Positions 1 through 9,675 of a stretch of DNA of 64,000 nt are shown here, in pieces (within the stretch, counting starts at the first letter, position 1; each line of letters begins with the position of its first letter). The DNA comes from Acidimicrobiales bacterium (lineage in GTDB: Bacteria; Actinomycetota; Acidimicrobiia; Acidimicrobiales; Iamiaceae): the NCBI GenBank assembly GCA_038233075.1, contig JBBSMQ010000001.1, positions 111,297-175,296 on the forward strand, given 5' to 3'. The position numbers and the translations under genes are program-made. The notes below the pieces were generated by a model. It ran no database searches. It was given only the letters and a program-made list of their open reading frames with translations, and was not told the origin of the DNA.

Positions 1-442
1 GCCCGAGGGCGGCAGCGACCAGAGCCCGGTCCCGACGAGACGGCCCGGCCGGTGCCGCCCGCTCCCAGCGGCGGAAGGCCAGGGCCAGGCCGCCGAAGGC
101 GACCACCACGGCGGCCACGGGCACGATCCACACCAGCCCGGCGAAGCCCGAGCGCGGCGGGTTGAGCAGGACGTCGTCGCCGTAGGAGGCCGTGAGGCGG
201 GCCCGGATGGTGTCGTCGCTGCGACCGGCCTCGACGTCGGCCCGGATCTGGCTGCGGATGGCCTTGGCGGCGGGCGCGTCGCTGGTGGACACCGACTGGC
301 CCGCGCAGGTGGGGCACCGGACCCCGCGTCCGATGGCCTGCACCCGCTCGTCGGTCGAGCGGGCCTCTCCGGACCGAGTGCCGAGGACGAGGGCGACCAC
401 CACGATGAGCCCGAGCAGGACCCAGAGGGCGCGGCGCGACAT
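1..442 (-). CDS. ccmH: Cytochrome c-type biogenesis protein CcmH (3' end runs off the window)
   Basis: Minus-strand ATG at 442-440 forms an ATGA overlap with the ccmG stop. My translation is MSRRALWVLLGLIVVVALVLG...GVRCPTCAGQSVSTSD...GLVWIVPVAVAAVVVAFGGLALAF. It has the CXXC heme-handling motif between two hydrophobic segments. It is not in the ORF track because no stop lies in the window. Confidence 0.75.
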   Translation of the reverse strand, partial: MSRRALWVLLGLIVVVALVLGTRSGEARSTDERVQAIGRGVRCPTCAGQSVSTSDAPAAKAIRSQIRADVEAGRSDDTIRARLTASYGDDVLLNPPRSGFAGLVWIVPVAAVVVAFGGLALAFRRWERAAPAGPSRRDRALVAAALG

Positions 443-1092
443 CAGCCGCCACCCCCGGTGTCCGGGGCGCCGGCGTCGGGCGCGATCGCGCCCTCGGCCT
501 GGGCCACCAGGCGGTCGAGGCCGGCGGCGGTGACCCCGCCGACGAGCTTGGCCCGGACGATGCCCCCGGGGTCGACGAGGTAGGACTCGGGCACCCCGGC
601 CACGCCCCACTGGGCCACGACGGTGTCATCGGTGAGCACGACCGGCCAATCGCCGCCGTTGCGGGCGAAGAACCGCTCGACCGCGTCGGGCTGATCGTCG
701 AACACCACGCTGACCACGTTCGCCTCCCCGGCCTCGGCCTGACCTCGCTGGAACGCGACCAGCTCGGGATGCTCCTGGACGCAGGGGACGCACCAGGTGG
801 CGAAGAAGTTCACCAGCAGCCACCGACGGTCGAAGGTCGCGGAGTCGAAGGGACGGCCGGTCAGGACGTTGGTCCCCTCGATCCGGGGCGCGAGCTGGCC
901 CAGCAGCGGGCTCTCGACCTCCCGGTCCGACGCCGGGTCGCGGGTGGCCAGGATGACCACGAACACCACCAGCACGAGGGCGATGGGCACGGTGATCAGG
1001 GCGGCGACGCGCCCTCTCGGCGCCGGGCGGGGAGCCGAATCGGCGTCGTCACCGGCGTCGACGTCGTCGACGTCGGGCTCCGCCGCGGTCAC
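442..1092 (-). CDS. ccmG: Thiol:disulfide oxidoreductase CcmG/DsbE (TlpA/ResA-like thioredoxin)
   Basis: Track ORF 442..1284 trimmed to the GTG at 1092, which forms a GTGA overlap with the ccmF stop at 1089-1091. A TM anchor (VAALITVPIALVLVVFVVILA) is followed by a thioredoxin fold with the WCVPC active site (NFFATWCVPCVQEHPEL). Confidence 0.85.
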   Translation of the reverse strand: MTAAEPDVDDVDAGDDADSAPRPAPRGRVAALITVPIALVLVVFVVILATRDPASDREVESPLLGQLAPRIEGTNVLTGRPFDSATFDRRWLLVNFFATWCVPCVQEHPELVAFQRGQAEAGEANVVSVVFDDQPDAVERFFARNGGDWPVVLTDDTVVAQWGVAGVPESYLVDPGGIVRAKLVGGVTAAGLDRLVAQAEGAIAPDAGAPDTGGGG

Positions 1093-3116
1093 GGTGCGCC
1101 CACCGGCTCGCGCTCGGGCCGGTCGGTCTCGTCGGAGTCGGCATCGGCGTCGGTGCCGGTGACCCGCGCGGACGGCGCCCGGCTCCAGTCGCTGGGCGCC
1201 GAGGTGGGCTCGGTGCCCCGACGGCGCCGACCCGGGAACGCCGACAGCGCGGTGCCCACCAGCATCACCAGGCCACCGGCCCACAACCAGGCCACCAGGG
1301 GCTGGACGATGATGCGGACCAGGATGGTGCCGTCGGCCCGCGGGCCCTCCAGCAGGGCCAGGTACACCGTGTCACCGACGCCGTAGCGCACCGCCGGCTT
1401 GCCCACCTCCTGGCTGCCGTTCGGGAACCTCTGGAGCCGGGGGGCCAGGGTCGTGCCGTCGACGCGCATGTCGGCCTCGCGGATGGTGCGGGTCGGATCG
1501 CGGTCGCTCTCGGTGAAGGAGGCGAAGGCGACCTCATGACCGTGGACGGTGCGCGACTCGCCCGGACCCAGACGGGCCTCGGTCTGCTCGGCGAAGGAGC
1601 CAGAGGCCGCCAGCCCCACCGCGATGAGCACCACCCCGAGGTGGACGATCATGCCCCCGTTGGTCCGGCCCACCAGGCCTCGCCAGCCGCTGCGGCGGGT
1701 GGCCAGCACCACCTGGCGCACCGCGGCGGCGGCGGCGAAGGCCCCCATGCCGAAGGCGACGAGGGGCACCAGACCCCGCACGCCGGCGACGACGCAGGCC
1801 ACCACCGTGCCGGTGCCGAACCACGCCGGCCACAGCAGCCGCTGCGACAGCGTCTCGGTCGAGGCCTTGCGCCAGGGCAGGGCCGGGGCGACGGCCATGA
1901 GGAACAGCAGCATGAGTCCGATCGGGCCCGCCATGCGGTTGAAGTAGGGTACACCCACCGAGACCCGGCGGTCGTTGAGGGCCTCGGCCAGCAACGGGAA
2001 CACGGTGCCGAAGAGCACGACGAAGGCGAACCCGGCGAAGAGCACGTTGTTGGCGAGGAACGCTCCCTCGCGCGACAGCGGGGAGTCGATGCGGCCCGGG
2101 GCGCGCAGCGTGTCGCCCCTCCACCCGATGAGGCCGAGGGTCACCACCACGATGAGGGCGAAGAAGCCGAGGACGATCGGCCCGATGGCCGACTCGGTGA
2201 AGGCGTGGACCGAGTCGAGGACGCCCGAGCGGGTGAGGAAGGTGCCCAGGATGGTGAGGGCGAAGGTGGCGCAGAGCAGCGACAGGTTCCAGACCCGGAG
2301 CATCCCCCGCCGCTCCTGGATCATGACCGAGTGGAGGTAGGCGGTGCCGGTGAGCCAGGGCAGCAGCGAGGCGTTCTCCACCGGGTCCCACGCCCAGTAG
2401 CCACCCCAGCCCAGCACCTCGTAGCTCCACCAGGCGCCGAGCACGATGCCGACGGTGAGGAAGCCCCAGGCGAACAGGGTCCAGCGCCGGGTCTCGACCA
2501 GCCAGCCCTCGCCCGCCCGCCCGGTCACGAGGGCGCCGATGGCGAAGGCAAAGGGCACGGTGAAGCCCACGTAGCCCAGGTAGAGCATGGGCGGGTGGAA
2601 GGCCATGAGCAGGTTGTCCTGCAGGAGCGGGTTGGGCCCGGGGCCGTCGGCGGGCGGGTCGGCCACGGTGCGGAAGGGGTTGGCCGGCCCGGCCATGAGG
2701 CCGAAGAAGAACGCGGTCACCACGAACATGGCGAGCAGGGCCCAGGCCACGAGAGGGTCGGTGAGACGGGAGCGGAACTTCCAGGTCACTGCGGCCAGGT
2801 AGCCCACGAGCACCAGGCCCCACAGCAGGATCGAGCCCTCCAGGGCCGACCACATGGTGGAGATGGTGAAGGGCAGCGCGGTGGCCCGGCTGCCGTTGTC
2901 GGCCACGAACTCGACCGAGAAGTCCCGGGTGATGAGGGCTCGCTGCATGGCGACGACGGCCATCACCGCACCCAGCACCGCAAGCGCCACGAAAGAGGGG
3001 ACCTGGCGCAGCAGCAGCGGGCGACGGCGGGACTGGGCCACCACCACCGTGAGGACGCCGCCGATGCTGGCGGCCAGGGCGAGGGCGACCCCGGCCGTGC
3101 CCAGCGCCGCGTTCAC
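1089..3116 (-). CDS. ccmF: Cytochrome c heme lyase subunit CcmF
   Basis: 675-aa polytopic membrane ORF with the Trp-rich WWD motif WGGYWAWDPVENASLLPW. It is flanked by ccmE and ccmG with 4-nt overlaps. Confidence 0.95.
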   Translation of the reverse strand: MNAALGTAGVALALAASIGGVLTVVVAQSRRRPLLLRQVPSFVALAVLGAVMAVVAMQRALITRDFSVEFVADNGSRATALPFTISTMWSALEGSILLWGLVLVGYLAAVTWKFRSRLTDPLVAWALLAMFVVTAFFFGLMAGPANPFRTVADPPADGPGPNPLLQDNLLMAFHPPMLYLGYVGFTVPFAFAIGALVTGRAGEGWLVETRRWTLFAWGFLTVGIVLGAWWSYEVLGWGGYWAWDPVENASLLPWLTGTAYLHSVMIQERRGMLRVWNLSLLCATFALTILGTFLTRSGVLDSVHAFTESAIGPIVLGFFALIVVVTLGLIGWRGDTLRAPGRIDSPLSREGAFLANNVLFAGFAFVVLFGTVFPLLAEALNDRRVSVGVPYFNRMAGPIGLMLLFLMAVAPALPWRKASTETLSQRLLWPAWFGTGTVVACVVAGVRGLVPLVAFGMGAFAAAAAVRQVVLATRRSGWRGLVGRTNGGMIVHLGVVLIAVGLAASGSFAEQTEARLGPGESRTVHGHEVAFASFTESDRDPTRTIREADMRVDGTTLAPRLQRFPNGSQEVGKPAVRYGVGDTVYLALLEGPRADGTILVRIIVQPLVAWLWAGGLVMLVGTALSAFPGRRRRGTEPTSAPSDWSRAPSARVTGTDADADSDETDRPEREPVGAP

Positions 3117-3619
3117 GGGTCCTCCGGTGCAACCCGGTCGGAGTTGGACTCCTTGTAGTCCTCGGTGTGCTTGATCACGATGCGGTCGGAGCGGAACTGT
3201 CCGTCAGGGGCGAAGCTCCCCTCCAGCACCGACGGCGTGCCCGCCCCGAACAGCGGCGGCGGCTCGACGCCGGCGTAGCGCACGTCGACCGACTCGCCGC
3301 CGAAGGCGAGGGTGAACGTGAGCACCTCGTCGTCGACCTGGTCGGGCTGGTCCACGACGGTGCCCTGGATGCGGATGCGTCGGTCTCCGAGGTCGGGCCG
3401 CTCGGCCACCGCCTCGTCGACGTTGTAGTAGTACAGCGAGGCGCCGTCGAGCTGGCGGATCAGCACGAAGCCGATGGCGCCCAACAGACCGACGATCACC
3501 AGGCCGCCGACCCAGGCGCGGGCCGGGGAACGACGGGGGCGGGCCGGAGCGGCGTCCTCGGGCCCGGTGCGGGGACTGAGGTCGAGGTCGGGGCCTGTTC
3601 CGGGGTCGTTCACATCCAC
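3113..3619 (-). CDS. ccmE: Cytochrome c maturation heme chaperone CcmE
   Basis: 168 aa with a single N-terminal TM (WVGGLVIVGLLGAIGFVLI), an OB-fold-like body (IRIQGTVV...) and the C-terminal HxxxY heme-binding motif (IKHTEDYKE). GTG start at 3619. Its stop overlaps the ccmF start. Confidence 0.9.
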   Translation of the reverse strand: MDVNDPGTGPDLDLSPRTGPEDAAPARPRRSPARAWVGGLVIVGLLGAIGFVLIRQLDGASLYYYNVDEAVAERPDLGDRRIRIQGTVVDQPDQVDDEVLTFTLAFGGESVDVRYAGVEPPPLFGAGTPSVLEGSFAPDGQFRSDRIVIKHTEDYKESNSDRVAPEDP

Positions 3620-3753
3620 CGGCGTCGGTCCTCCGGCACCTGACGGGCCAGACGGCGCCCGCGCTGGGCGCTGCGCACCGCCAGGGCACCGACCGAGCCG
3701 AACACCACCACCCAGGCCACGGTGACCGACCCCCAGGCCGACAGGGCGAGCAT
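3610..3753 (-). CDS. ccmD: Heme exporter protein CcmD (small membrane protein)
   Basis: 47-codon ORF MLALSAWGSVTVAWVVVFGSVGALAVRSAQRGRRLARQVPEDRRRWM. It has one TM followed by an Arg-rich tail. The ATG at 3753-3751 forms an ATGA overlap with the ccmC stop, and the 3' end overlaps the ccmE start. In the track it is hidden inside the spurious ORF 3610..5337. Confidence 0.6.
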   Translation of the reverse strand: MLALSAWGSVTVAWVVVFGSVGALAVRSAQRGRRLARQVPEDRRRWM

Positions 3754-4544
3754 CACGACGAGACCTCCGTGGGCGCAGGGCCGGCCGGCGGCACCACGGC
3801 CTCGGCCCGGCGCTCGGCCAGGGCCACGTCGAGGCCCAGGTCCTCGACCCGGTTCTCCAGCCACAGCACCCGGAAGCGGTGCAGCAGGAGCCAGGCGTAG
3901 AGAGCGAGGAAGACGGTCATGCCGAGCATGAGGCTGAAGAGCATGGTGCCCTCGATCTGCGGATCGAGGCGGCTGATGGTCGGACCCTGGTGGAGGGTGC
4001 GCCACCAGGTGGTGGCGTAGTGGCAGACGACGGTGGCGGGACCGAGGAGAATGCCGACGACGGCCGCCAGGCGGGACCGACGGTCGCGCTCGAGCGGCAG
4101 GCGGCGCACCGCGAGGTAGCCGAGCACCAGGAAGAACAGCACCGCAGTGGTGGTGAGCCGGGCGTCCTGCCACTCCCAGTAGGTGCCCCAGGTCGGCTCG
4201 CCCCACAGGGCGCCGGTGACGAGGGTGGCGAAGAGCAGCACCGCGCCCAGCTCGGCCGAGGCGTGGGCCACCAGGTCCCACCACTCGGAGCGCCGGACGA
4301 GGTAGCCGATGCTGCCGGCCACGGTGACGAAGAAGGCCAGGAAGGCAACGATGGCGGTGGGCACGTGGACGTACATGATGCGGACCACCTCGCCCTGGCC
4401 GGTCGGCGCGCCGTTGGCGTCGACCCCGACCGACGAGCCGTCGGGACCCGAGATCACCAGACCGAACAGCACCAGGAGCGCGAGCCCGACGAGGCTCGCG
4501 ACACCCAGCACCCGGGTGGCCTTGGAGGCGGTGGTCTCGTCCAT
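3753..4544 (-). CDS. ccmC: Heme exporter protein CcmC
   Basis: 263-aa polytopic membrane ORF with the WWD-type motif LWGEPTWGTYWEWQDARLTTT. First gene of the contiguous ccm block. Confidence 0.9.
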   Translation of the reverse strand: MDETTASKATRVLGVASLVGLALLVLFGLVISGPDGSSVGVDANGAPTGQGEVVRIMYVHVPTAIVAFLAFFVTVAGSIGYLVRRSEWWDLVAHASAELGAVLLFATLVTGALWGEPTWGTYWEWQDARLTTTAVLFFLVLGYLAVRRLPLERDRRSRLAAVVGILLGPATVVCHYATTWWRTLHQGPTISRLDPQIEGTMLFSLMLGMTVFLALYAWLLLHRFRVLWLENRVEDLGLDVALAERRAEAVVPPAGPAPTEVSS

Positions 4545-4661
4545 GCGCGCTACCAGCGCACCCTACGACCCACCCCCCTGGCAAGTCGCGCCGGCGCGGC
4601 GCCGTCGGCGCGCTGGTGGGGACACGTGGCCCCGCCCCTCCGACGAGCAGTCGGGTGCCCA

Positions 4662-5309
4662 TCAGGCGTCGAGGGTGGGGCCGCAGGTGCGGGTGGTCTC
4701 GCCCGCGATGGCGGCCACCTCCACGACGACATCCGCGCTGCCGGCGACCGGGGTGCGGGCCTCCGGCGCCAGGGCGGCGTCCGCGAAGGCGTCGACGCAG
4801 AGCCGGTAGCCGGTGACCTCCACCGGCGCGCCGGACGGGTCGACCAGCGCCTCCGGCGGGGGCGGGGCATCGGTCGCGTCCAGCTCGAGCCTCTCGCCGG
4901 CGGCGACGGGCCGGAAGGTGAAGGCCGGGTCGAGACCTTCGACATCGACGGGAGCCGGCGGGAGGACCCAGCCCAGGTCGACGAGGCCGCCCCCTGCGGC
5001 AGCCGGGAGGAGCCGGGCCCGGGTCGCGCCGGCCCGACCGACGGGGACCCAGATCCGCTCGCGGCCGGCGTTGGTCACCGTCACCCGCCCGACCAGGTCG
5101 CTCCCGGCCCGCTCGAGGGTGCCCCCCACCCCGATGTTCGGGCGGGCCCCGGGCGGGTCCGACGTGGAGGTGGCGGGCGCGGTCGCGGTCGGGTCCTCCG
5201 GGGCCGGGGGCCCACCGCCACACGCTACCAGGACCGCCAGCACCACCAGCCCGAGGGCCCGGACCCCATGGCGGGGCCGAGGGGCGCGGGCCGGAACGGT
5301 GGTCTCCAC
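4662..5309 (-). CDS. Putative lipoprotein, unknown function
   Basis: 215 aa. N-terminal signal peptide with lipobox (LGLVVLAVLVAC-GGG). The mature part has good GC3 coding character. No recognisable domain. Confidence 0.6.
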   Translation of the reverse strand: METTVPARAPRPRHGVRALGLVVLAVLVACGGGPPAPEDPTATAPATSTSDPPGARPNIGVGGTLERAGSDLVGRVTVTNAGRERIWVPVGRAGATRARLLPAAAGGGLVDLGWVLPPAPVDVEGLDPAFTFRPVAAGERLELDATDAPPPPEALVDPSGAPVEVTGYRLCVDAFADAALAPEARTPVAGSADVVVEVAAIAGETTRTCGPTLDA

Positions 5310-5422
5310 CTCTCCATGGTGACCGACGACCGGTCACCGCCTCGGGTCGGTGGGCCGCGGCGGCATGGGGGCACTCCGGCGCGACAGCCGGTGGCGAGTC
5401 GACGGCCGCCCGAGGGGACGCG

Positions 5423-6167
5423 TCAGGTCCCCGACGGGACTCGGCGGCGGGCCCGGGTCACGAGGACGTTGAAGAGGTTGGGGTCCTCGAGGAACCGCAG
5501 CCCCTCGCCGTCGGAGCCCACAGCGAGCGACAGCACCATGACGTCGCGCTCGTCGCCCTGGAAGGAGTGCACCGTCCCGACCCGGAGGCGGACCCGCTCG
5601 ATCTCCTCGGCCGTCCAGCGCTCACGGATCTGCTCGGTGATGGCCTCGGCCTGGGCCCGGAAGGGCGAGGCCACGCCGATGGTCAGCGATCGGCCTCCCG
5701 GCTCGGTCCTCTCGACCTCTTTCGCCAGCAGCGCGAGCACGGCGTCGACCTCGGCCGGGCTGGTGGCCTCGTCTTGCTTGCCATCCACCACCCGGACCTC
5801 GATGCAGTCCGCGGTCTCGGTGGCCGGGTGCCGGGTGGCGACGTGCAGCCTCCCGGCCGTAGAAGCGCCGGGCCGAGAACCCGATCAGGTGGGGCGGGCC
5901 CCGGAAGTGCTCGTCGAGCAGGGTCACCGGCGACGCGCCCGCGGCCAGGTCGAAGGCGCTGACGCGGCGCACGTCGACCCGGTCGCCCAGGGCGTCGAGG
6001 TCGTGGCGCACCACCGCGTCCTGCACCTCCCGGTCGGCGACGAAGGACACGAACCGCAGCTGGTGGGGATCGCCCATGACCACGGCGCGACGGGACCGGA
6101 GGAGCGCGACGGCGGCCGCGGGCTGGTCGATCTGGGACGCCTCGTCCAGCACCACGAGATCGAACAT
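5423..6167 (-). pseudogene. Remnant of a superfamily-1 (AAA_11/AAA_12, Upf1/DNA2-like) helicase: N-terminally truncated and frameshifted
   Basis: Frame A (6167-5860) carries motif II VVLDEASQ, motif III VVMGDPHQL and LLDEHFRGPPHLIGFSARRFYG. Frame B (about 5858-5423) continues LHVATRHPATETADCIEVRVVDGKQ...GVASPFRAQAEAI...VGTVHSFQGDERDVMVLSL...FNVLVTRARR. One extra base near 5855-5860 breaks the frame. No Walker A region exists between 6167 and metY (6380). Confidence 0.6.
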
Positions 6168-6379
6168 CCCGGGCCGGGCCGGGAGGAGCTGTCCGCCACC
6201 TGACCCATCGCCGTGCGAGCCTACGGCGGCCCCACGACGCGGTCGCGCCGGGGGCGGGTCGGGGTCTGGGGGCCTACGACCTGCGCGGATAGGACCGGGT
6301 CGCGCCGGAGGCTTCTCCTCGGCTGCGCCTCGGAGGGGGCCCGCGCTCGCTGGGTCGCCTCGCCTAGCGGCTCGTCTCC

Positions 6380-7696
6380 TTACTTGGCGGCGGTGAAGCC
6401 GGCCTCGAGATCGGCCAGGATGTCGTCGATCGACTCCAGGCCGACCGACAGGCGCACCAGGCCGGGAGCGACGCCGCTCGCGGTCTGCTCCACCTCGGTG
6501 AGCTGGGAGTGGGTCGTCGAGCCCGGGTGGATGGCCAGGCTGCGGACGTCGCCGATGTTGGCCACGTGGCTGTGGAGGGTGAGGCCCTCGACGAAGCGCT
6601 GTCCGGCCTCCTTGCCCCCCACGATGTGGAAGGCCGGCACCGAACCGAAGCCACGCCCGCCGCTCAGCTGCTTGCCCCGGTCGTGCCAGCGCGAGTCAGC
6701 CCGCGAGGCGTGCTGCACGCCTTCGACCTGGTCGTGGCCGGCCAGGAACTCCACGACCTTGTGGGCGTTCTCGTTGTGGCGTTCCATGCGGAGGCTCAGG
6801 GTCTCGAGACCCTGGAGCAGCAGGAAGGAGTTGAACGGGCTGATGGCGGGACCGAGGTCGCGCAGCATCTGGACCCGGGCCTTCAGGATGAAGGCACCGG
6901 GGCCGAGGGCGGGCCAGTACTGGAGGCCGTGATAGCTGGGGTCGGGCTCGGTGAACTGCGGGTAGCGATCGGCATGGGCCCCGAAATCGAAGCTGCCGGC
7001 GTCGGCGATGATGCCGCCGATGGAGGTGCCGTGACCACCGATGAACTTGGTGGCCGAGTGGACGATGATGTCGGCGCCGTGCTCGAAGGGGCGGATGAGC
7101 CAGGGGGTGGCCACGGTGTTGTCGACGATGAGGGGAACGCCGGCCTCGTGGGCGACGTCGGAGACGCCCTTGATGTCGAGGACGTCGTTGCGGGGGTTGC
7201 CGATGCTCTCGGCGTAGAACGCCTTGGTGTTGGGCCGCACCGCGGCCCGCCAGGCGTCGAGGTCGTCGGGGTCGTCGACGAAGCTGGCCTCGATGCCCAT
7301 CTTGGGCATCGTGTGGTGCAGCAGGTTGTAGGTGCCGCCGTACAGGGCGGCCGAGCTGACCACGTGGCTGCCGGCCTCGGCCAGGTTGAGGATGGACAGG
7401 GTCGACGCGGCCTGGCCCGAGGCCACGGCCAGGGCACCGGGGATGCCGAGGGCGGTGTCGGGCGCGCCCTCGAGCGAGGCCACCCGGGCCTCCACCACCG
7501 CCTGGGTCGGGTTCATGATCCGCGTGTAGATGTTGCCGACCTCGGTGAGGCCGAAGAGGTTGGCGGCGTGGGCCGTGTCGCGGAACTGGTACGAGGTGGT
7601 CTGGTAGATCGGCGCGGCACGCGACCCGGTGTCGGTGTCGGGCGCCTGGCCGGCGTGGATCTGACGGGTGTCGAAGCCCCAGCTGTCGTTGCTCAT
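6380..7696 (-). CDS. metY: O-acetylhomoserine sulfhydrylase (aminocarboxypropyltransferase), PLP-dependent
   Basis: 438 aa. N-terminus MSNDSWGFDTRQIHAGQAPDTDTGSRAAPIYQTTSYQF and PLP-lysine region HSATKFIGGHGTSIGG, both typical of the MetY/Cys-Met metabolism family. Confidence 0.9.
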   Translation of the reverse strand: MSNDSWGFDTRQIHAGQAPDTDTGSRAAPIYQTTSYQFRDTAHAANLFGLTEVGNIYTRIMNPTQAVVEARVASLEGAPDTALGIPGALAVASGQAASTLSILNLAEAGSHVVSSAALYGGTYNLLHHTMPKMGIEASFVDDPDDLDAWRAAVRPNTKAFYAESIGNPRNDVLDIKGVSDVAHEAGVPLIVDNTVATPWLIRPFEHGADIIVHSATKFIGGHGTSIGGIIADAGSFDFGAHADRYPQFTEPDPSYHGLQYWPALGPGAFILKARVQMLRDLGPAISPFNSFLLLQGLETLSLRMERHNENAHKVVEFLAGHDQVEGVQHASRADSRWHDRGKQLSGGRGFGSVPAFHIVGGKEAGQRFVEGLTLHSHVANIGDVRSLAIHPGSTTHSQLTEVEQTASGVAPGLVRLSVGLESIDDILADLEAGFTAAK

Positions 7697-7699
7697 GGG

Positions 7700-7805
7700 C
7701 CCGACCCTAGGCGGCCGAGGGTCGAGTGCTCACCGGAACACCCGGACGGCCGACAGATCTGGGTGTGGCTGGCTCGAAGCTGCAGGGCAGCACGGCTCGC
7801 CCGCT
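7700..7805 (-). promoter_or_regulatory. Candidate SAM-responsive riboswitch (SAM-IV-like) in the metY leader
   Basis: The 193-nt gap upstream of metY reads on the minus strand as GCGAGCCGUGCU-GCUGCCCUGCAGC-UUCGAGCCAGCCACACCC-(loop with CGGCCG)-GGGUGUUCCGGUGAGCACUCGAC-CCUCGGCCGCCUAGGGUCG-GGCCC-AUG. The 3' half resembles the SAM-IV core ...GGGGUGCCCCGGGUGA-P1. P1, a P3-like ACACCC/GGGUGU stem and a terminal hairpin CGACCCU/AGGGUCG can be drawn. The two CGGCCG loops could form a pseudoknot. Assigned by eye only. Confidence 0.35.
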
Positions 7806-7889
7806 CAAGCAGTCCGGCCCCGACAAGGTCGTCCTCCACCTCCTCGCCGCCGAGGGCTGAGAAGGCGAGGCGGTGCGGTCGGCTCGCCC

Positions 7890-8456
7890 TCAGCTCGCGG
7901 AGATGAGGTCGCCGATGGCGAGGGCCGAGTCGGAGTACGGGAGCGAGACCTCGTCGCCGGCTCGCAGCTCGCGTCGGAGGCGGTAGCCATCGGGCGTCGG
8001 CTCGGTGTGGACGTAGAGCACGTCCCGGGTGACGACCCAGTAGAGCGGGAACCCGGACGATCCGTACAGGCGAGCCTTGGTGGTGAGATCGAAGGTCACG
8101 GTCTCGTCGGAGACCTCGACCACGAGCAGGACGTCGGCCGGAGCCCACTCCGACAGGCGCGGCGCCACCCTGTCCACGGGCTCCGCATCCTTGAGCCGCA
8201 CCCAGCAGTCCGGGTCGGGCAGAGAGCCTGCGGCGGGGAGGGTCGACTGGGTGACCGTCACGGAGGGAGCAGCCAGGGCCGTGATGACCCTCACCGTGGC
8301 CGGACCGTGCCAGTCGCCGATCACCACCGGGATCACCTCGCCTTCGATGAACTCGACCCGGGAGTCGAAGGCACCGGCGTCCCATGCCCGCAGGAAGCCC
8401 TCGCGGTTCCAGCGGTGGGCGAGGCCGGCATCGGTCACGACATCCAGGCTACCCAC
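7890..8456 (-). CDS. Uma2 family endonuclease (DUF820, restriction-endonuclease-like fold)
   Basis: 188 aa. It shows the family pattern RVEFIEGEVIPV near the N-terminus and LLVVEVSDETVTFDLTTKARLYGSSGFPLYWVV in the core. GTG start at 8456 with no Shine-Dalgarno of its own. Confidence 0.8.
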   Translation of the reverse strand: MGSLDVVTDAGLAHRWNREGFLRAWDAGAFDSRVEFIEGEVIPVVIGDWHGPATVRVITALAAPSVTVTQSTLPAAGSLPDPDCWVRLKDAEPVDRVAPRLSEWAPADVLLVVEVSDETVTFDLTTKARLYGSSGFPLYWVVTRDVLYVHTEPTPDGYRLRRELRAGDEVSLPYSDSALAIGDLISAS

Positions 8457-8570
8457 GAGACCGGAGCATCTCAGTCGCCGCCATCCGGGTGGGCTGCGCA
8501 GCAGCCACCAACAGCACGGTGTCCCTCCTGTCAGGCGCCAGCCTGACGACCCCAGGGAGACCGGAGCATC

Positions 8571-8579
<9 letters not shown>
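8457..8579. repeat. Perfect 23-bp direct repeat (8457-8479 and 8557-8579) duplicating the ilvC stop codon region, flanking a 77-bp insert
   Basis: GAGACCGGAGCATCTCAGTCGCC occurs twice exactly 100 bp apart. The second copy contains the last ilvC codons and the stop. The 77-bp interval carries a 7-bp GC-rich hairpin (8530-8536/8541-8547). Confidence 0.9.
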
Positions 8580-9599
<1,020 letters not shown>

Positions 9600-9675
9600 C
9601 GGTGGGTGCCTTTCGTCGGTGGGAGCGAGCTCCCGGTCAGGGGCGGTCCGCCCCGGGGATCTGGTGGTGGGCTGT

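Noticed and set aside
7861-7890. Hairpin GGGCGAG-N14-CUCGCCU directly after the Uma2 (7890-8456) stop, considered as a terminator separating Uma2 from metY.
   Set aside because: It is a 7-bp stem including a G-U pair, with a 14-nt loop and no U-run. That is too weak to call.
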